Shown here piece after piece: positions 58,915-64,000 of a DNA stretch of 64,000 bases (within the stretch, counting starts at the first letter, position 1; the number at the start of each line of letters is the position of its first letter). Made by a program: the position numbers and the translations under genes. This stretch comes from Nitrospinae bacterium CG11_big_fil_rev_8_21_14_0_20_45_15. Lineage in GTDB: Bacteria > Nitrospinota > Nitrospinia > Nitrospinales > VA-1. The notes under the pieces are model-generated. The model made no database searches, was not told where the DNA came from, and saw only the letters and a program-made list of their open reading frames with translations. The stretch covers positions 11,713 through 75,712 of the forward strand of contig PCWG01000041.1 of assembly GCA_002787235.1 (NCBI GenBank), given 5' to 3'.

Positions 58915-60993
58915 ATGAAGAAAAACAACCCGCAGGAAAAGACAGCCACTCCAAAATCAAAACCCATAACAAAATTCGTTTCCGCAATAGGCAGTATCAG
59001 CCTGTTAGCCGGAGGCTTGTGGGCCTTGATGTATTTTTCCACCCCCCAAACCCAATTGCGCCCCTACAAAGACGCTTTGACTTTGGCAAAGGCGGAAAAA
59101 ACGGAAAAAGAAGACGTAAAAAAAGAGTCTTCCTCGGAAAATTCACCCCCTTCTCAATCGGAACCAGAATCGAAACCAGAGCCGGAGCCCGAATCGGAAG
59201 CAGAGCAGGAAGCTAAAAATATCTTGAAGGATAAAATCACTCCTCCTCTCGATATCATAAAAGCATCTGTGACCACGGACCCGAATTCCGCACAATTGCC
59301 TCGTGAAACGCTGGAGTATATTCAACGCGGCATTGCCTTGACTGAAAAGGGCGAATACAACGCAGGCTCTCTGGAGTTTGAAAAAGCCGCTGAACTGAGT
59401 CCCAACGCCCCGCAAGTCTATGCCATCTGGGCAACCGCGATGAAAATGGCCAAAAGTTACAAGGGTGCCACCAACCATTTTGCCCGTGCCGCCGAGCTAT
59501 CTGGCAACGATCCTGAAATTCTTTTCAATTGGGCCATGTCCGAACTGGAAGCAAACAACAACAAAGACGCCGGTGATTTATTGGAAAAAGTACTCAAGGT
59601 ACAACCCGATAACTATGTGGCCCTGAACTATCTGGGGAAAGCTTATGGCCGTCAAAAATTATACGATCAAGAAGAACAGGCCTACCGCGACGCTTTGAAA
59701 CTCGAACCCAATTTCGCGCAAGCCTATTTCAATTTGGGTATCGTCCTCAGCATCCGCAAAAAGTTTGAAGAAGCCGCTCCGTTCTTTGAAAAAGCCATTG
59801 CAATGGATCGCTTCTACGAGAAACCCTTCGTTGTTCAAATGCTGACGGCACTCGGACGCTATGTGACACCGGAAGACAAAAAAGCTCCCCTCGTCCCCAG
59901 CAATCAGAAAAAAGACGAAGCCGAAAATAAGGCCGAGGAAAACAAGGTCGAAACCGCCAGTGCCGAAGAACATAAAACGGAAGAAGAAAAAATGGAAGGT
60001 TCCAGTGGCATGAAGGATGGGTCCGGCAAAAAGATCAAAGGAACCACCAACGTCAAAGGAAAAATTCTGATCAACGGGCAACCGGCAGGGCTTGATACCA
60101 TCGTCATTCTGGAAACAAAAAGCAAAATGAAGGTGCGCAAGCAGGAGCAGGAAGCCTTGACCATCAATCAAACGGATTTGAAATTTGTACCGATGCACTC
60201 CGTTGTATCCGTCGGCTCTACCGTCACCTTCAAAAACCTGGATACGGATGTTCATAACATTTACTCCAAATCGCTCAACAATCAATTCAATCTGGGAGCC
60301 ATGGCCTCAGGATCGGTCAAGAGCATCACCCTCGATTCAGCCGGGCCTGTGGTATTGCGATGCAATATGCACAAAAACATGGTTGGCACCGTTTTCGTTG
60401 TGCCCAACGGTTATTACACGACCTCCAATGACAAAGGCGAATACTCTTTTGAAAATATCGACAGCAAAAACTTCATCATGCAAGTCTGGAATCCCAGTCT
60501 CAAGCCCGAAGAAGTGGCCGCAAACTTGAAGAGTGCCGATCTCACCGGCGTTGATCAAACCATCGACTTTGATATCAAATCGAACTCGAAACCCGGTGAT
60601 ATCAACGATCTGGTTGAAGCCACCGACTACAATCTGGTCGTGGACAACATTGAACAAGAGATGTTGCAGGCCATTCAGGATTGGAAAGATGGTAAAAAAT
60701 TTATTTCCAGAAAACGCATGTTGCTGGCCATCACCCAACATTTTGCCGGTGGCGGTTTGAAAGGTGCCATTGCCAAAAGTTTCAGTAAAAAACGAAGCGA
60801 CGGTTTGGAGAAAAAAATGGACGACATCCGTAAAAAAATCTCTGGACTCGCTGGTAGCGAGGGTGTGACCGAGGCCGAGTTGATAAGTGAAGCAAAATTT
60901 GCGGTCTCGCAATTGCGCAACAACGTCAAGGAACTTGAGGCTCGGCTCAATCCCGATTTCGAAAAAGATCAAAATAAATCGGATACAAAATGA
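58915..60993 (+). CDS. Membrane-anchored TPR-repeat protein with cupredoxin-like and carboxypeptidase-regulatory-like beta domains
   Basis: N-terminal TM and an acidic PE-rich linker, followed by several TPR units (AEELSGNDPEILFNWAMS..., ALKLEPNFAQAYFNLGIVL). Then VGSTVTFKNLDTDVHNIYS...LRCNMHKNMVGTVFV, and GEYSFENI. Confidence 0.55.
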   Translation: MKKNNPQEKTATPKSKPITKFVSAIGSISLLAGGLWALMYFSTPQTQLRPYKDALTLAKAEKTEKEDVKKESSSENSPPSQSEPESKPEPEPESEAEQEAKNILKDKITPPLDIIKASVTTDPNSAQLPRETLEYIQRGIALTEKGEYNAGSLEFEKAAELSPNAPQVYAIWATAMKMAKSYKGATNHFARAAELSGNDPEILFNWAMSELEANNNKDAGDLLEKVLKVQPDNYVALNYLGKAYGRQKLYDQEEQAYRDALKLEPNFAQAYFNLGIVLSIRKKFEEAAPFFEKAIAMDRFYEKPFVVQMLTALGRYVTPEDKKAPLVPSNQKKDEAENKAEENKVETASAEEHKTEEEKMEGSSGMKDGSGKKIKGTTNVKGKILINGQPAGLDTIVILETKSKMKVRKQEQEALTINQTDLKFVPMHSVVSVGSTVTFKNLDTDVHNIYSKSLNNQFNLGAMASGSVKSITLDSAGPVVLRCNMHKNMVGTVFVVPNGYYTTSNDKGEYSFENIDSKNFIMQVWNPSLKPEEVAANLKSADLTGVDQTIDFDIKSNSKPGDINDLVEATDYNLVVDNIEQEMLQAIQDWKDGKKFISRKRMLLAITQHFAGGGLKGAIAKSFSKKRSDGLEKKMDDIRKKISGLAGSEGVTEAELISEAKFAVSQLRNNVKELEARLNPDFEKDQNKSDTK

Positions 60994-62453
60994 CGCAACC
61001 GAAAATACTTAAAATTTTCAACACCCAGAGCGGGAAAAAAGAGGAATTTGTTCCTCTCATCCCCGGTCGCGTCAGCATGTACGTGTGCGGCGTCACCGTC
61101 TACGACTATTGCCATGTGGGGCACGCACGCTCTGCCGTTGCTTTTGATGTCATCTACCGTTACCTGAAACGTCTCGGGTACGATGTCAACTTTGTCCGCA
61201 ATTTCACCGACATCGACGACAAGATCATCAAACGCGCCAACGAACGTGGCGTTCCCTGGACAGACATCACGCGCGAATTCATCGATGCGTTTTACGAAGA
61301 CATGGGTCGTTTGAACATTGAGAAGCCCAGTAATGAACCGCTTGCGACCGATCATATCCACGACATGCTTGCCATGATCTCGACTCTGATCGAACGCGGT
61401 CACGCGTACCCGGCAGACGGCGACGTTTTTTACTCCGTTCGCTCCTTCAAAGATTACGGTCAGTTGTCGGGAAAAAACATCGAAGATTTGCAATCAGGAG
61501 CCCGAATCGATGTCAACGAAACCAAAAAAGACCCGCTCGATTTTGCTTTGTGGAAAAAAAGCAAACCCGGCGAACCCTTTTGGGACAGCCCCTGGGGCCA
61601 AGGCCGACCGGGATGGCATATCGAATGCTCCGCAATGAGTGCAAAACTGCTTGGAGAGACCTTTGATATCCACGGCGGCGGCAAAGATCTGGTATTCCCG
61701 CATCACGAAAACGAAGTCGCCCAATCCTGCGGAGCCACCGGCCACAAACCGGTTCGCTACTGGATGCACAACGGTTTTGTTAATATCGACAAGGAAAAAA
61801 TGTCCAAATCACTGGACAATTTCTTCACTATCCGCGAAATTTTTGAAAAATTTCATCCGGAAACCCTGCGCCTGTTTTTGATAAGTTGTCAATATCGTGG
61901 GCCGATCGACTTCTCCCAGCACAATCTGGAAGAAGCTGAAAAAGTAGCGACCCGATTTTACGAGGCTCTGGAATCTGCCCAGGCACTGCTCGACAAACGC
62001 ACGGAAGTCAACCTGCCCAATCTGGAAAAAGACATTGAGGCCCATTCCCTTCTTTCCGGTTTCGACGAAGCCATGTGCGATGACTTCAACACCGCTGTCG
62101 CCATTGCCCATATGAATGAAGCCTTGAAGGCTCTCAATCCCTGCTTGCAAAAAGCCAATCCAGACATCAACAATGTCCGCAAAATTGCAGTGATCTCAGG
62201 GGCTTTACGAAAAGTCGGCAATCTGCTGGGTTTGTTCCACAGTTCTCCCGAAGATTTCAAGGCCACCGCATTCAACCGAAAAAAAGCCGAGTCCGGCATT
62301 GATCCCGCGAAAGTGGAAGCTTTGATTCTGGAAAGAAACAACGCACGCGCCGAAAAGAACTGGGCGGTCGCCGATCAGAAACGCGATGAATTGATCGCCC
62401 TGGGAGTGATTCTGGAGGACGGTCCTGAGGGAACCACCTGGAAATTGAAATGA
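60990..62453 (+). CDS. cysS: Cysteine--tRNA ligase
   Basis: HVGHARS (HIGH) and KMSKSLDNF (KMSKS), plus Zn ligands (CG...C...H). ATGA overlap with the upstream gene. Confidence 0.95.
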   Translation: MTQPKILKIFNTQSGKKEEFVPLIPGRVSMYVCGVTVYDYCHVGHARSAVAFDVIYRYLKRLGYDVNFVRNFTDIDDKIIKRANERGVPWTDITREFIDAFYEDMGRLNIEKPSNEPLATDHIHDMLAMISTLIERGHAYPADGDVFYSVRSFKDYGQLSGKNIEDLQSGARIDVNETKKDPLDFALWKKSKPGEPFWDSPWGQGRPGWHIECSAMSAKLLGETFDIHGGGKDLVFPHHENEVAQSCGATGHKPVRYWMHNGFVNIDKEKMSKSLDNFFTIREIFEKFHPETLRLFLISCQYRGPIDFSQHNLEEAEKVATRFYEALESAQALLDKRTEVNLPNLEKDIEAHSLLSGFDEAMCDDFNTAVAIAHMNEALKALNPCLQKANPDINNVRKIAVISGALRKVGNLLGLFHSSPEDFKATAFNRKKAESGIDPAKVEALILERNNARAEKNWAVADQKRDELIALGVILEDGPEGTTWKLK

Positions 62454-64000
62454 ATGCTCCGCATTCCTCTTTCGCTGAAGATTACCTCAAATTCACTCGC
62501 ATTTTCTCAAGCGTCCGCGTTTGCGAAGAAGATTCCAAAATCAGAATCCCCGAAAAGGTTCTGCGTTGCGTGTGGAACGATCAGGCACTGAAGAAAGACA
62601 AACTCTGCACCACCGATGCCGAATCAGCCGAAGTGATCTTTCCCGGATACTGGAATTTTGGACCCGGCCCCGATTTCAAAAATGCGACGATCAAAATCGA
62701 CGGCAAACTTTTTGAAGGCGATCTGGAAATCCACGTCAATTCGGGAGACTGGCAAGCGCACAATCACTCCAGCAATCCCGAATTCGACAACGTTGTTTTC
62801 CATGTTTTTCTCTGGAAAACAGGCAAAGCCCCCGTCTCCTCCCGCCCCGCCGATATCGGACCCGAACAACTGCGCGGCGGTCATATCTTTGAATTCGAAC
62901 TGAAGAATTTTCTCAAAAAAGGCATCCTGCAACTCGCCGAAGAACTGGATCTGGAAAGCTATCCGATAATGAACCGGTTCAATTACGGCTTGTGCCACGA
63001 ACCACTCGCGCGGCTCCCCTTTGAACGACTGGAGCAATTGTTCGATGCCGCCGGAGACGCACGGATTGTCACCAAAATGGGACGCTTCCACGACCGGGTG
63101 ATCCTCAGAGGCTACGAACAAGTTTTCTACGAAGGTCTGGCCGAAGCGATGGGCTACCCCAACAACAAACAAAGCTTTCGATACCTCGCCGAAGACCTTC
63201 CCCTTGCATTGATCAAAGAACTTCTGCCACAACGCATTTCAGTAGAGCTGAAACGCCTTCATGTCTCCGCAATGCTGTTTGGATTCTCAGGCCTGATTGA
63301 TTTTAAGGGGCTCGATCTCACGACCTTGCCGACAAAGGACAGGGAATATTTTGCAAGTTTGCAAAAACTCTGGAAACAGTACCAGCCCCGGCTTCCAGCC
63401 TCCAGCCTGAATGCGGATTGCTGGAAATTCAGTGGCCTCCGCCCTGCAAACTATCCTTATCGCCGAATCGCCGGACTGGCGAGTCTCATCGTGCGTCATC
63501 TGAATGGCGGGTTGTTTGCAGACTTCATCGCCACCTTGAAAAAAGAAACCCAGATGTCACCGCAGAAGGGTTATGCCGTCAAAATCCCAAAAAAAATTTA
63601 CGATTACTTTTCCATTGGTGGCGAAGACTATTGGAACCTGCATTACACCCCCGGCGGGAAACTGTTGAAAAAAGCCCAAAACCTGATCGGCCCCACTCGC
63701 TCTGCAGAAATCATTCTCAACATCGTACTGCCCATTGGACTGATCTATGCGCGCGCCCAACGATCCCCAGAACTGGAAGCCACCTTCAACAAACTCTACC
63801 AATCGAGCAAAGCCAGTGGCGACAATCATCTCCTGCGATTCATCAAATACTATATCCTCGGCAATCAAAAAGAAATGACCGACTTATTGGTCAACGACAG
63901 AAAGCGTCAGGGGCTCATGCAGATTTATCAGGATTTTTGCGCCCAAAACGGAAACAACTGCAATCGGTGTCCCTTCCCGAACGTCGTCAAAAAATACTTC
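62450..64000 (+). CDS. DUF2851-family protein (3' end beyond the window)
   Basis: The ATG at 62450 overlaps the cysS stop (ATGA). My own translation reads ...VLRCVWNDQ...IFPGYWNFGPGPDFKNATIKIDGKLFEGDLEIHVNSGDWQAHNHS...VVFHVFLW. It stays open for 517 codons to the window edge and is not in the supplied track. Confidence 0.6.
   Translation, partial: MNAPHSSFAEDYLKFTRIFSSVRVCEEDSKIRIPEKVLRCVWNDQALKKDKLCTTDAESAEVIFPGYWNFGPGPDFKNATIKIDGKLFEGDLEIHVNSGDWQAHNHSSNPEFDNVVFHVFLWKTGKAPVSSRPADIGPEQLRGGHIFEFELKNFLKKGILQLAEELDLESYPIMNRFNYGLCHEPLARLPFERLEQLFDAAGDARIVTKMGRFHDRVILRGYEQVFYEGLAEAMGYPNNKQSFRYLAEDLPLALIKELLPQRISVELKRLHVSAMLFGFSGLIDFKGLDLTTLPTKDREYFASLQKLWKQYQPRLPASSLNADCWKFSGLRPANYPYRRIAGLASLIVRHLNGGLFADFIATLKKETQMSPQKGYAVKIPKKIYDYFSIGGEDYWNLHYTPGGKLLKKAQNLIGPTRSAEIILNIVLPIGLIYARAQRSPELEATFNKLYQSSKASGDNHLLRFIKYYILGNQKEMTDLLVNDRKRQGLMQIYQDFCAQNGNNCNRCPFPNVVKKYF

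Noticed and set aside
62454-62591. ATG immediately after the cysS stop, in a different frame
   Set aside because: That frame stops after 45 codons. The frame starting at ATG 62450 stays open to the window end and carries DUF2851-like motifs.

Overview
This is a 64-kb chromosomal segment from a Gram-negative (diderm) bacterium. I could run no similarity search, so every protein call rests on motifs I recognise in the supplied translations.

Most of the window is housekeeping:
- tgt, argF-argD, comF plus a GIY-YIG gene, guaA-guaB
- class II ribonucleotide reductase nrdJ, preceded by tandem NrdR boxes
- recA-recX-pilD, mtnA, and a divIVA/yggT/DUF167 cluster
- asnS, rpsU, rlmB, a 1344-aa AsmA-like protein
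- rluB, scpB, a long DCD-family deaminase, cysS and a DUF2851 gene

A complete phosphate-starvation block lies on the minus strand at 42.7-53.3 kb: phoR, oprP-like porin, pstS, pstC, pstA, pstB, phoU. It carries 11-bp-periodic direct repeats that look like Pho boxes.

The accessory-looking parts are:
1. 0.1-6.6 kb: two tandem paralogous triads of minor-pilin-like genes (PilV/PilW/PilX-like). In each, the third member is very large with solenoid-like repeats. The first triad has acquired Lys/Asp repeat tracts and a four-Cys module.
2. 20.4-28.3 kb: secreted proteins including a transglutaminase-like protein, an ArsC-type reductase coupled to a metallophosphoesterase, and a collagen-like fibre protein with 14-residue repeats. 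It also holds an isolated short flagellin-family gene beside a divergently transcribed unknown gene.

Other points worth a second look:
- An mtnA gene almost abutting a nucleotidyltransferase/beta-helix gene, the same two folds that make up eukaryotic eIF2B.
- A prepilin peptidase whose start overlaps the end of recX.
- A duplicated Pho-type promoter with a long leader upstream of the porin.
- Related hairpins bracketing pstS.
- An 84-86-bp tandem repeat carrying terminator-like hairpins.

I saw no rRNA, tRNA, CRISPR array, transposase or integrase.
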